NCBI GenBank assembly: GCA_977016875.1
Contig: CDRNST010000233.1
Coordinates: forward strand, 496,001 to 560,000
Direction of reading: 5' to 3'
Length of the DNA stretch: 64,000 nt
Origin: Pavona decussata
Taxonomy: Eukaryota
In this document: positions 1 to 13,135 of the stretch, one piece after another
How positions within the stretch are numbered: position 1 is the stretch's first letter
Layout of the letters: each line of letters begins with the position of its first letter
Notes under the pieces: model-generated
Told to the model about the DNA's origin: nothing
Database searches by the model: none
The model's input: the letters and a program-made list of their open reading frames with translations, nothing else
Program-made: the position numbers and the translations under genes

Positions 1-117
1 ACAATAATAATAATAATAATACAAAATGGTTAAAACCATTTATGAGGTTTATGCATTTCACCAGAAAAGGTTTTATTTACGTTTTTCTTCTGAGTGACCC
101 GTGCTTCTTTTATGCAG

Positions 118-3100
118 ATTTCTCGACACACATAATAATGCTGTCAACGGTGGTTATGATCAGTGGGCTTCATGGGGGACATGCAGTAGGTCATGTGCTG
201 GAGGAGTTAGACGGCGCATGCGTAAATGTTCAAATCCCGCTCCGTCAAATGGTGGACGGGATTGTAGAAGTCTTGGTTCTAGTGTGGAAAGCCAAGATTG
301 TAATGTAAAATCGTGCAACGGTAAGAAGAACTAAATGGAAACAAAGTCGTCAAGGGTATACTGGTCAGAGTTTAGTTTAAACCACTCCCTCTTTTAGTTC
401 AAAAGTGCTTTCGGTGAGTTAAAACTAAATCAATCAACTTCGAGGGCTCGAAGAATATCCCACGGTGGTGGACAAAACTAAAAAGCAAACTCAACTCAAA
501 TCTATATTGCGGCGGGATTCATACCTGGGAAGTCTCGATACAAATTTTACATTTCAAGTATTTTCGAACACTTGATGACTCCTGTCTTCGTTTGGCTGGA
601 AAATATAGTCCTTGGAGGGTCGACAAGCAAAAAAACTTTCTTCTTCAACTCGTTTTTAAGTAGCCGCTAACTCTATTCGTCTTTGGCCGTGAAGGGTATT
701 CCTTGGAACTGATTTTTCGTGGGCGTGTGCACATCAGATGTCTTAAAAAAATGTAACTTCCCAGGCTCATTTTTGCATCTCTCTTCTAATGTATCCCCAA
801 AGGATACTGGAATAAAACGTTATTCTAAGCCAAGAGAAAATAAGGGGACAGAGAGGGAAACTAGGGGCGTTTTGCGGACGTCTCGGGAAACAGACTTCCG
901 TTTTCACGACGTCTAAAAACAGCGTAAATGAAATTCACATGTCTCTAGGGCTATACTGGGGGTCTCCCTCTCCTCTTATTTTCTCTTGTCTAGGCTGATT
1001 CCGTTTATTTAACACAGTGACTATAACAAGAGCTCCTACTTTAATCTGATCTCTTTTTTATACTACCCTAACTTTAACGATCACTTAGAAATAATTTTTT
1101 TTCAGCTGGCCATGACGTTGATGATCCCGAGTCTAGTGGTCCGTCGTCTTCGTCAACAAAGCGAGACGAAAGCCAGTTCCAACCGTTATCGGGTTCCAAC
1201 CTTTCCGATCCACCACAGGAAGGAAATCCTGAGGTAAATCCCGGTAAACATCAAGGACATCATGTCACAAGTAACCAAGATATGGGACATTCAGATGGCA
1301 AAACTCAACAACCAGCAGGTGGACAGCACGTTCCTATGTTGCATACAACACATACACAAGATATTGGTCCACCAGTTGGTCCAAACCAACAAGCTGTTAA
1401 CAACAATGTTGATATGTCCAACAGCGAAGAGGGGAAGTATACCTCTGTGTCTCATACAGCAGATGATAACCAAGGTGATGGCCCAGCAGTTGACCTAAAA
1501 CAAAAACCAAGCTTTAACAAGGAGGTCGATCAATCCAGCAAGGGAGAAGGAGACTATTTCCCCATGTCTAAGGAAGATATCAAAGACTTCAAAAAGGTAG
1601 TGTCATTTCAAAATTCAAAATCAGCTAACAATCCTGCAAAAGACTCTGAAAACTTGAAAGCTAAGGAAATGGAAAAATCCTCTGGAATGTCTAGCCAAGG
1701 AATCGCACATGATAAAGCCCTGAAACAGCCAATGCTAGCTACTTCAGGGCCAAGGGAGTCAAAAGGACAAGGAAACGGATTGTCTGACAACTATGTTACA
1801 CAGGGCAACAAATTTCCTAATTCAATGCATTTGCCAGTAAATAATGCAGCACTGAACAACGTAAAGGATTTTGGGAATGAAGTGTCCGAACCTACAGTCC
1901 AGGAATCTGAACAGTCCAAAGATAAAAACGGAATAAATACTTCTTCATCCGCTCGCCCAGAACCGAATATTTCTCACGAGAATCAGACTGATTCGGGTGC
2001 TGAAGTTTCGCAATCTTCAAATCAATGGAAGCCTTTAAACTATGGAAACTCCATTTACGGAGGCAATGAAAAACTTGAAAAAACTGTTGGAGAGGTCAAT
2101 CAGGATTTGAGGCAAGCTAATGGAAGAATTGATAAGGGAACGATGACATCAATTCCAAGCGATAAAACAGATAATATGGACGATAGAAAAAACCAAAGTA
2201 GATTTAGTTCAGTAGGTGAATCGTTGAGAGTAGCAAAACCTGCATTTTCAGAAAAAATGCCGACAGATGTTGCTAATCAAGAGCCAAACGTTCCACAGAA
2301 TCAATCCAAAAACTTTGCAAACGGGATAGGTCATAACCAGGGTATAGAAATCAGAATTAGACCTGGTGGGATTTATATACCCAAACAATTTAAAAACTTT
2401 CAGAAAGTGGAAAGTCGTCCCGACGACATGGTAACAGCGGAACGTAAACCAGCAGAGACGTCAAAACAGAATTTCCAACATTATGACCATGATCCAGGAA
2501 AAACGGTATTTAAAGGAAAAGAAAGTTCACCAAACACATTGGAAAGGCCACAAAACAGCAAAGATGACGAACAAGGATCATCACTGGGACAGCCAACCTG
2601 GCAAGATGTTAAAGGAGCACAACCTATTCGCAACGGTTCGCAGAAAGATAACTCAGAAAATGGACAAGGATCCCACTCTGCTAAGGGCCAGCTTGATAAG
2701 TCGTTAGCATCTAAATACAATCCAAATGCTATGAACCAGTTCGGGACGTCACCTCAGCAGAAGCAATCTGACAAGGAAAAACAAGAGTTTGGACAGATTA
2801 CAGGAAAGGAATCCGCGACATCAAACCATTTGCTGAGTCCAACTTTTCACCAGGGAGAAAAGGTTGATGACACCAGTCATTTTTCCATTAAAGGAAATGC
2901 TTTGTCAGTTAGTAAAGAAAAACAAGCTGAAAATCAGAGCTTCAAAATTAATGAACAAGGCAATCCAAAGAAAGAAGACGACAGTGCATCCACGGGGAAA
3001 ATGAACCAGGCTCAACAAGTATCTGACTCGAGTAAAGCAGCTCTCTCAAGCGAGGAAACCAAAGTCCAACCAACACCAGAGGGTGACAAAAATGGAAATC

Positions 3101-6100
3101 AGGAATCTGATCAAGGACTGAAATCACAAGAGGAAGGTGAACCTGAACCTGTACCTGTAGTTGATTTGAACAATGCTAGTCCAGCAAATGGAGCAGATTA
3201 TGGGCCAGTAAACAATCAAGTGTTTTCAGGTCCCGTGGAAGATACCGGGGCGACAAACCAACCCGATCCAGATTCCCAGGCTGAGAGTCAACCATCAGGA
3301 CCTGTGTATGATAACGAAGCCATACAAGGGCTAAGCGAAATGTCTCAGAGAGCGGATCAAAATATTTTGCAACAAGCAAACTCTGCAAGCCAGGAAGGGC
3401 CCGACCAACGGATGGGAGCTGGGTACGACGAATCAAAGGCATACGCCAGTGAACCTGTGGTAGACTTGAGCAATGTCAGTTTAGGAAATGGAGCAGATTA
3501 TGGACCAGCAACCGGTCAAGATTTTTCGGGTCCCGTGGAAGATACTGAGGGGCACAGCCAGCCCGATCCAGATCCCCAGGGTGCGAGCCGGCCATCAGTA
3601 CCTGTCTATGATAATGAAGCCATAGATGGGCTAAGCGAAATGTCTCAGAGAGCATTTCATAATATTTTGAAGAAAGCAAGCTCTGGCAGTCAGGAAGGGC
3701 ACGATCAACGCATGGGAACTGGGTACGACGAAATGAGTATGCCAAAGGCATACGCCGGAAGATTTCCAATTGGGAAAGTTAAAGAAGATTTGGAAGATGA
3801 GACACCCATGCAGGGACAATATCAAAACCAAGTCCCTCTGACGACAGACTACTACAACACGGATCCAGCAGACGATTGTCTCTGTCCCAGGAAAGGTAAA
3901 AATAAATGGAATAAATTTCTGTTCGCGGTACGTTGACGAACTATGTCTTGCAAACAACCTTTCAATGTCAACAAGTAATTACTCTTATCATTCGATGTAT
4001 TTTTCCTTCCTTTTCATTGGCCGAGAGAAGACCACGTGACCTGCAAAAAACTGCCTATAGATAATGGTCTCCTCATGCGCAATACTGTCCAACTGTGTTT
4101 TGCTGCAAATAGTATTCATGCGTAATTGAAACCGCGTTCTTGTAAGAAAATGGCAGATCGCTTCCCTAAGCTGTCAGAAAGTGATTTGCCAAAAATAAGC
4201 AAGAAAAACAAACTCGGTGATCGAATGATAAAACAATTATTGAACTCGGTTGTCGCAAAATATCGTGATTTGTCAGTGTCTCGTAGATCAATTATTAGCC
4301 TCAGCCTTCGGCTTCGGAAAATAATTGATCTACTCGCCCCTAACAAATCACGATATTTTGCTCAACCTCGTCCAATCATTGTTAATTGCTGTTACTGTCA
4401 TCCTCGTCGTCATCATCATCATCATCATTCCTGCCTTGTTCTTCCGAAATCCGGTCATGCATAAACATGTGCATATCTCGCGTCAACAAAGGCCTTTTGG
4501 AGGCCAACATTACAAAAAAAAATAATTTCAGTATTTATGTAATACCAGAAGTGGGAGTCTTTTGAGTCGAGAGGGAAAGATATTAAATAACAGTTCGTTT
4601 TGGTTAATTTTTTTCTTCACAGAATGTTCAGCTAAAGCAGACATCGCCTTTCTGGTTGATGGCTCTGCTAACATTCCTCAACCGTACTATGCGCGTGTTC
4701 TTGAGTTTATTAAGATCTTGTCCCGCGGACTTGATAAGAGCAATATTCATGTTGGAATGATGGCTTATGGCGATGACGTCAAGACAGCTCTTAATCTCAA
4801 AGCTCTTACCAATTCTCAGCAATTTGATGATGCACTAAATATTGCTCCTTATATGGGTGGAAAAGCTCATACAGGCAATGCCCTTTCAAAGATCAAAACC
4901 GGGCTGTTTGCCATTTCTGGTCGCCAGGATGCCCCTAGGGCTCTAATCCTTCTGTCCAGCGGTGGCTCAGTTGATGACGTTGTGGCACCAGCATTGGAGC
5001 TTCGAGATTCTGGAGTTAAGGTGACAGCCATTGGCTTAGGAAAACAAGCCAACGTCAGGGAGCTAATAACGGTTGCATCCGAACCTAAGTCAGAACACGT
5101 GTTTACAGCATTCTTGGACACGTTACCTAACGCCATGGATGAAATTGTACAAGGCGTTTGCAGAGGTAAGAGTAAATAGCTAGTAATAATGTGATTGATT
5201 CCAAATACTTTGCAGTTCCCTTCAGAGTACTTCATGTAAACATCTAGTGTCAATTAGTTCCAGACAGTATAACTGGCTGAAAAAACTTTCCAAGTACTCT
5301 GTGTATACCTCCTACTCGTGATCGCAAAGTAATAATGTGACCTTTTTATGCTACGGTTTCTCAGAATTTTTTTGCAGAAAAGACATTCTAGATACGTGTA
5401 CCATTATTATTAGACTTGGTTGAAGAAAAATGGTTAATCGTGTTCAATTCTAGGTTGCCTTTAATCGCGGAACATTTTGAGAAGAATGTCAGTTGACAGA
5501 TAAGCGCCAATGTAGTCTGGGGGATATTTAAGGGGGAACAATAACTAATATTAACTCGCCAGATCGTCGAGCCAAGAGTCCAATGGCGTTTCCCCACCTG
5601 TATTACGATGCCGTCATGCTATAAGGAGGCGTTAAAACAAAAACCATTGACTATAAAGGCAGGTCATGGCGGTATATCATTTTTAAGATGAAGTAATGGT
5701 CTGAATAAAATCCAGTATGTCCCGAAAACAAAAAAGAAGGAAAGGCCATGTTTTTGGTAAATAAAACAAGCTTTAGTTTTCTTCAACTTTTCCTAGATGT
5801 GATGGGCATTGTGCGAGATAGACAGGAACCATGTACTTGTGAGACATACAACGGTCAGGTTGGTCCCTCTTCATATTACAACAAGGAGGCTCCCGATTCT
5901 CTTGGTCAAGTCCCTCAACAAAGACTAGATTTACCGTATTCACAACGACAAGGGGAAGCCGAAGGTGTAAGGATGCCTGGTGATCAGAATGAAAATCTAA
6001 ATCAACAGCCTCGGGTTAGTTACCAAAATGGTAATAATAACCGAGCGTCTCAATCCACCGGGGGAGCTTCGGACAGACCCGAAAGAGATGAACGACTTTC

Positions 6101-9100
6101 TTATGGTCAGAGTGGCGATCAACCTCCTAATGCCCTGAAAACACCAGCAAATGGGTCTTACCTCTCTGAAAAGGATTATGCACACCAACAAGACAATGAC
6201 TATAGACAAACGTTTGGAGAGGAAAGGCCATTCAATAAGCAACAACAACAATCGCGACTCCACGCTGACCAGAATAAAGCTGTGGACGAGAAAGCAAACC
6301 TAGAAGGCGAAAAAGGATCAATCGGTTCAGACGACTATTCAACAAATCCCACTTATAATAACAAAGGGCAAAACGAGCGTTTGAAGAATAGCTCTTTACA
6401 AAGAGCGAAAGAGCACATGCATAGTCCTGAGACCCATCGCTTTGCTGCTGGCCTCCCTGAACATTATAAGCCTCAAGTAAGCGATGATGATGACCAAGGC
6501 AGCGGCAGTCAGCAGGAAAACAAACAATCGTCAAAATTACAGAAAACGGATGACCAAGAAGGTTATTTGTTTCCATCGTCTGCTGTAAACCAGGACCGAG
6601 TACAAGGATCTGCTTTACATGTTCATCCAGCGTTTATACCTCCTTCGGGTATCGATTTCCATGGTAGACCTTTTGCACAGCCAAGTTACCCACAAAGTTC
6701 TTCCATAGGGCAAGACGAATTATTGTCAGATCACAGAAGGCCAACTAAGTTCATAGCCGTGGATAAAGCAGTGGAGAATGCCAATACTGGGGCGCAACAA
6801 CAAAACCGCCGAGGTGAGATTATAATCCTACACTCAAATGATGATCTTATGGCCTTATCACTCTTTCAGATACTCTTTCGAATAGAAACATTACCATGAA
6901 TCGCAATTTCTTGGAAATGAAATAGGTGATTATAGCCGCTCATACAGTGACTTTTCCTTCTGATCCTGACTTTCGTTGTGCGAGAGTCGGTAACGTTGCT
7001 ATGTAAGGTATGTGATCATGATAAGGACGTTTTATACGGTTAAATAATTGGTTTGAGGTAATCATTTGAGAGCGGTTTTCTTAACACTTCCTCTCCAATT
7101 TACAGTTTTGGTGTGAAAAACTAACTTTAAGGACTCTTCCTCCTCTCTTTAAATTCAATCAGTTATGAAATTACTCCAAGTTTTAACACGTTAACAAAAC
7201 TGAATATCAGATCGCTTTTAACTTTCTTTCATTGCGATTCTTTTATATTCATTAGCAATAATGAATATAGATTGTAAAATAGCAAACCATCTGGTAAGGA
7301 AATCTACAATTAACGGGTTATGTCGTTTTAGCCTGCGCTGAAGTTAAGCTTGGAGTGGTTCTCGATAGCACAGCTTCCCCTGGAGGCCAAAGTAAGCAAC
7401 AGGCAGCAAAGATGATGGATTTCGCCAAGAAGATTTCTCATCTATTCCCCGTGTCTACAGAAGGAAACAGCGTTGGCATGGTAGTGTACGGTGGTTCAAC
7501 ACAACCCTCAGTGGTACATTTTGACAAGTTTTTGGATCAAAAGTCCATGGATGAAGCTATTGACAATGCTAGCAACCCGAGCCTCGAAGTAAGGATAGGA
7601 AAAGCGCTTAGCTTGGCTCAAAAGCATTTGTTTAGTGCACTTTCAACGTCCAAACGCAATGTGCTGCTGCTTGTTACCGATGGAGCTTCATTTGATGATG
7701 TCAGTCGACCTGCGTTGGAGCTGAAAAGAAGGGGTATTGAAGTTTTCTGCCTTGGCGTCGGAAGGGATGTCAGCAAAGCGCAACTTGATTTAATTGCGTC
7801 GGAACCCAAAGAGAAACATGTATTCTTGGCTCCGTTCAATGATTCTGATACACTGATGGAAAGAATTAGAAAAGAAATATGCCTGGCGGCGAGCAGATCA
7901 CGTGAGTAGCTTCGCAAGAAGTACAGCAAAAAATAACCCTCTCATGTTAAAAGCGCTTTCCCTTACACTTTTTTCGTAACTATTCAATCTCGTTTCCAGA
8001 GTCCTCAAGCTCTTTGACCAGCAGTTGGTTGCCAGGCCCAGAGTCTTCCCTGAAGACCAACTGCTGACCAAAGAGCCTGAGGACTCTGGCTACGAGATTT
8101 GCAACTACTTCGATCCAATGTCAAAAGCGCTTTACCTTGCACGTTTTAGGCCGAACTGAGGTAGAACGCAAACAGCTTTGAATGAGTTTTCCACGAACAC
8201 CTTTTGCCACAGCTTTTGTTACAATGTTGACAAGAAGTTGGCTCAGTTTTTTTTTTTGAGCATAGACGTGTTTTTAACGGGTGTGCCCGAAACACCAAAA
8301 AGAAAGAGATAGGTAAAGACAAGTTGGGATTGCTACATTCCAAGATAGATAACTTGCTGATTTTTTTGTGGAAATTGTGGGTTTGGGAAGTCTAATATAA
8401 GCGGGTTCTCTAATGCCTAATATTAATCGCAACTGATCATCTGAAATTCTAATGCTAAGCTATGCCTTTGAATATTGCATTCACATCAGCATTAACTCCT
8501 CACGTGACCTACTGACAACAGCCAGTCACACCGAAACCGTAATAAACAAACATAAAAACTAACGAGTGGAAGTCCCAACAACATTACTTTATTCCACTGC
8601 ATTTTAACAGTTCAACATAGACCACTGTGAGAGATCCAACCTGAATCCCTCTTCTCCTTACTACAAAACGCTGCTCAGCAAGTCAATACAACAAACGCTT
8701 CCTCTGCTTTATGGTCTGTCACCTTATTGCCAGTGCAAGACTTATCATGTTAGAGGTTCAACAAACTTAAGTTCCGATCGTCTCATCACATCTTACGTCA
8801 CCTTAGTCAACTAAACGTCATCCATTTTAAAGCTCACAAGGGACTAAGATGATTTGATGAAGTTTCGTCTCAAACGTCACAATTTCACCACATTTCACAT
8901 CGACCATATTAGCCATCTTTATCATTTTGCTTAATGCAGCGACCGACAGACCAATTGAGCATACTCGCCATACTGCAAAAGTCGGCTAAAACTTTCTGCA
9001 ACCATTTTAATACCGTTCCGATCCCGCAACTTGTTGATGGTAACTGGTCATCATCTAAACTTCGACTCAACGGAATCAAGTCATAACAACTAAGATTATC

Positions 9101-9852
9101 CCATTTTTGATAGACAAAAAGAGACATCTCCACATCCTGGCTAAACGTTCGTCCACTTTATCCCAGTATAATAATACTGCCTGTAACCAATTTAAATAAC
9201 TAATTATAAAAGTAAAACTAACTAAATTCATTCGGCATGTTTGGTTGCAGCTCGCATGCAGACCCAGCGAAAGTGTCCCGCTGACCTCGGATTTGTAATC
9301 GATGGTTCAAGAAGTGTTGAGGTTCTTGGCAAAGGAAACTTCAAGAAAATGCTGGAATTTGTAAAAAATGTTTCCTTAGGATTTCACATCTCTCCTGAAG
9401 ATACTCGCGTTGGTGTTATAGCTTACGGAACCGAGCCCAAATTGGCCATACCTTTCAACAAATACGTATCGCCAAGCAATTTAGTTCTTGCTATCGAGAA
9501 CATTTCGTACCCAGGGACGATTAAAATGACCGGGAAAGCATTACAATTAGCCAATCAGAAGCTGTTTGATAAAGGAAGTAGGTTAAATGTTCCCAAGGTG
9601 CTTGTTGTTCTGTCTGACGGTACTTCAAGAGATAGCGTTGAAACGTCTGCACAAGCTTTACACAAGGCTGGAGTGACGGTCCTTCCAGTGGGTTTGGGGC
9701 CTATCTATGATAATGCTGAGCTGAATAACATTGCTTCAATGCCAGCTGCTTATCACGTGATAAAAGTAAAATTTAATGAGCTGCAACAAAAAGTACATGA
9801 ACTACAGGATAAGATATGCACAGTTAAAAAAGAACAGAAAAAGCTGATTTAA
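118..9852 (+). CDS. Large secreted extracellular-matrix/adhesion protein, 5'-partial: TSP1 + low-complexity spacer + VWA + spacer + VWA + VWA (coadhesin/collagen VI/matrilin-like modules)
   Basis: Exons 118-320 (TSP1: WASWGTCSRSCAGGVRRRMRKC...C), 1106-3895 (Q/N/S/E/D-rich), 4623-5165 (VWA, DIAFLVDGSAN), 5797-6813 (low complexity), 7332-7901 (VWA, GVVLDSTAS), 9251-9852 (VWA, DLGFVIDGSRS, stop TAA). All five introns are GT-AG, phase 1, and join in frame. AATAAA near 10097. The start lies upstream of the window. Confidence 0.9.
825..995. mobile_element. Short inverted-repeat element (MITE-like)
   Basis: caagagaaaataag at ~831 is mirrored by cttattttctcttg ending ~988. Confidence 0.45.
3145..3757 (+). 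repeat. Coding tandem duplication, 2 x ~300 bp (100 aa), inside the large exon
   Basis: aatggagcagattatgg recurs at an exact 300-bp offset (lines 3181 and 3481). The peptide PVVDL.N...NGADYGP...FSGPVEDT...QPDPD.Q...PVYDNEAI.GLSEMSQRA..NIL...SQEG.DQRMG.GYDE..KAYA occurs twice. Confidence 0.95.
3977..4388 (+). mobile_element. Non-autonomous Crypton-like (tyrosine-recombinase DNA transposon) repeat with long terminal hairpin
   Basis: Imperfect palindrome 4235-4385 (gcaaaatatcgtgatttg...gatcaattatt / aataattgatc...caaatcacgatattttgc) after a short MADRFPKLSESDL start. Family assignment is from recalled similarity. Confidence 0.5.
7986..8099. mobile_element. Short palindromic MITE
   Basis: aatctcgt..ccagagtcctcaagctctttgaccagcagttggt pairs with accaactgctgaccaaagagcctgaggactctgg.tacgagatt. 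Confidence 0.75.
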
Positions 9853-10499
9853 ACTTGAAATTTAACGGTGTTAAATTAAGGCTAAGCAAGATGTCTAAGC
9901 AATAGCTTTAAACCAAGCTAATGAAATAACAATGGTATCTGGAAAAAGAAGTGAGTTTGAGGGTATGATCGCATGCTAGCGAGATGCGACAAAGGCATGA
10001 CGTATGGGACACGACGAATCGATACGACTCAAAGTAAATCTTAACTCCCTAGACAGCAGACAACGTATTTCCAATGCCCTCTGCAAAAAAGCTAACAATA
10101 AATTCGGCGTCCGAGGCAAGAATCAAAGTTTGATCGTCTTGGTTTTGCTAATTTTTTTTTGTGACAATTATTAACATCCTATATCCACCTCAGTGTAGTA
10201 TCACGCTTCAAACAGTGGGCCAAATAAGAGAGAAACATCCAGTAACTGGTACTTGGTCGATCTAATAATAATATGAAATGCATGCAAGACTTCAGGTACT
10301 GTACTGTATAAGTTCCTTTTGATACGCAAACTAGAGAAATATTTTTTTCCTTGAAGTCATTTGAAAATAGTTATATGTAAATTGTGTTTTACTATCAATA
10401 TTGATTTAATTTATGTACAGGAATTCACTTACAACAGCTCTGCTGAATTGGAAATTTCATATCAAATTAAAATATTTGATATTAGTTTAAATCTACTAG

Positions 10500-11195
10500 C
10501 ATACTATCACGAATGCTGCTCTCTTATTGGCTATGCTACTCACTATCTATTCTGTTGTAGATAGTGAGTAGTGCGAGTATCCTAATAGTGTGCAGTTGAC
10601 AACAAAATGGCGGCGGCTTCGTCGCGTTTTCGAAGCGTCTGTGAAGAGGATTTTCGGGTAATTACTTGGCGAGGCGATTCTAGAGAAGACAAAAACTGTA
10701 ACGAAATATGGAATGAATATTTCTCTCGGTGAGAAAAGAAGTCGAAACAAGACAAATTATTTTTTCTTCATTTACACTTTTAATAGTCGGCAATTTTATA
10801 ATTTTGAAAACATCAGTTCAAAGTTGTGTTTCACTGACACATTTTTTTAGAAAACTTGGCTTCCAAAGGCCGCTTGTACGTTAGTTCATCTTTGATTGTC
10901 ATTTAACAATAAAAAAGCTCGGCTACTCGTTTCGGTCTCGAGAGAATGAACGGTTTTTATTTAATATAAAATCTTGAATGAAATGCAAAGGCGCGCACAC
11001 GGAAGCCATTGCAACTCGACCTATTTATATCATAATTCAATAAAAACTTGAACCTGTCTTGTTGTTAGTTTTGAACGACTAGTAGATTTACACTAAAACA
11101 ATTAGATTATTCGCTCTCGATTTCTATGCGTAGTAGTTAATGAGGGCGAAGCCCTCATCAACTATCACGCGACGCGAGAGAAATCTCAAGCTCAA
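10500..11195 (+). mobile_element. Second Crypton-like non-autonomous element
   Basis: Degenerate N-terminus MAAASSRF.../AILEKTKTVTKYGMNI at 10607-10722 resembles DUF3504/Crypton-derived proteins. 5' hairpin ctactcactatcta/tagatagtgagtag and 3' hairpin atgagggcgaagccctcat. Confidence 0.5.
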
Positions 11196-12594
11196 ATGGA
11201 AAATAATAAATAAGGTGTCTTATGAAAATATGGGTGTATATTTCACCACACCGACAATGCGATTCCTTAAGAAAAAGCTCACGTCAGTTAATCAACCATT
11301 TATCGACTTGTCCGTTTATTTATTAAATTGCTTAGTGAACAGGCCTTTAAGTGGGAGCAAGGCTGGATTAACTCTGTTTTCGTGCAAAACTCACCTCTTT
11401 TCAGATGTAACCGTGTTGCAGTTCTAGTTGTTGACTAGTTTGCATTTACACATGAAAAGCATTGAGATTTGTATCAAATCAAAGTCGACACTAAGCACAC
11501 AACTGTAAAATAGGCTATTACCCCCAAAACGTTTGTCAATATGCTCAGCTGAGCTAAAATAACTGATCGTGACATAATGGACTTCGCGATCTACCGGTGC
11601 TATGTAGATATTGCGCCTTGTGATTACTATTAACTCACCTGATAACCAATCCCCATTACATTTTGTTCCTTTCTAGGTAAAGAGGCTATTATTCCTAAAA
11701 GAAGAGGAAGTTTATATCATAACCTGGCCGAGATGTGATCCGGCAGTTACACCCTTGTTAATACGTAACTAAACTGCTTCCTTGTTCTTTTTCCCGGACA
11801 TGAGTTAAAGTAAACTGAAAACCAAAGGTTAAATTGATCTGATCTACAATTTCTCGATTCTTTCACATTCAAATTTAACATTCAAATTGAATCAAGAGTT
11901 ATTAAAAACAAAGCAGAAATGCTAAAAGGTATAAAAATTTGAACCTCACGAGGATAAAATTTCTTATCCGAAAAGGTTTTCCAAATTTGGAAAACATCGC
12001 TATCAAAAGCTTGCTGCCATGTACACATCAAGCCAAGAAGAAATCAAAAATTATACCAATTTTTGCCAAAAAAAATTAGGAAAAGTTAGAACATTTGGTG
12101 GTCCTTGCTCTAATATTGAAAACGTTATGAATATTCAAAGTCACTGCGAAGACTTTGTACACTACCCCATCCGGCTGAAAAGGGTTAACAGCGACTCTTC
12201 CTCAATTTCTGAGCTTATAAATTCAAATGGTCAAAAAAAACAGCTTTCACTTGCCACTGCTCGTGAAGATTTAAATCAAATCCTTGTTGAACTGCATCGC
12301 ACTTGAGTACACCAAAATCCTTTTCTATATGAGTAACGTAACTGCTATCAGTTCCTCCTGGCTTGACCAAAAAAGATGCACAGCTCTTTCATAGACGTAT
12401 GTTGACAGGCGATCAATGGCGAATCTTGGAATATTATACTGCGTTTGCAGGGATGATCACTCGAGCTTAGCAGTGTAATTATCATTAATCGTTAACAAGT
12501 AATCCTCTCTTGTGGTTAACATTTCAAAACTCCTTAGTCTTTGTTACAAATCGTCCCAATCTTTGCACGATGCCAATATTATATTTATAATGAT

Positions 12595-13135
12595 AGGCCA
12601 TTTTAACGATGACGTCATTTACTACAGAATCCTTCAGTTTGTTGTTTTTTCTTGCAAATTAGGGATATTATTATCTAAACCTCGATGGGTATTCAAAATC
12701 TAAACAAGAAAAGAAAGACGAAGATGATTCTGTTAAGCCAGCGACACACCTGGCGATTTTATACGCCCATCGCGGCGAATTTGATCGCCACCGATTGATG
12801 CGGACACGCTCGGCGATTTTTTTCGCCGATCCCGGCAAGGTGACAGTTTTGAAAAGTCATGTGATAAAATCGCCCAACCTGATGGGTTGGCCTTACTGGC
12901 GATTTACAGCAATGACCGTAGGAAGTCACGGGAACGAGAATACTTGGCGAATGCCGGCGAATTTAATCGCCGATATCTGACATGCCAGATATCGGCAATT
13001 TTATACTCCGATCGCGGCGATTGGCGAAAATCGCGATCGCTGCAGCAGGCACACCTAGCGATTTTCGCGTACAAAATCGCCAAGTTTGTCGCTGGCTTTA
13101 GTTACAGTAAAATAACGTCATCGTGAAAATCGCCT
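12595..13135. mobile_element. Host MITE interrupted by a nested Harbinger-type MITE
   Basis: TIRs aggccattttaacgatgacgtcattt / aaataacgtcatcgtgaaaatcgcct. Confidence 0.65.
12736..13097. mobile_element. PIF/Harbinger-type MITE, 362 bp, TTA target-site duplication
   Basis: TTA-agccagcgacacacctggcgatttt ... aaaatcgccaagtttgtcgctggct-TTA, with many internal (g)gcgat/atcgc(c) motifs. Confidence 0.85.

Noticed and set aside
1106-3895. Large exon as a neuropeptide precursor
   Set aside because: There are only isolated dibasic sites (e.g. TKRD) and no repeated Gly-Lys/Arg-flanked peptides. The exon splices in frame to TSP1 and VWA exons.
4116-4525. Overlapping ORFs on both strands, one with a poly-His run
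   Set aside because: They arise from the palindromic repeat terminus and a (CAT)n microsatellite in an intron.
42-7929. Alternative-frame and antisense ORFs over the matrix gene (e.g. 42-308, 3176-3442, 3476-3769, 4867-5253, 7618-7929)
   Set aside because: They are shadows of real exons. The two similar antisense ORFs simply mirror the 300-bp coding repeat.
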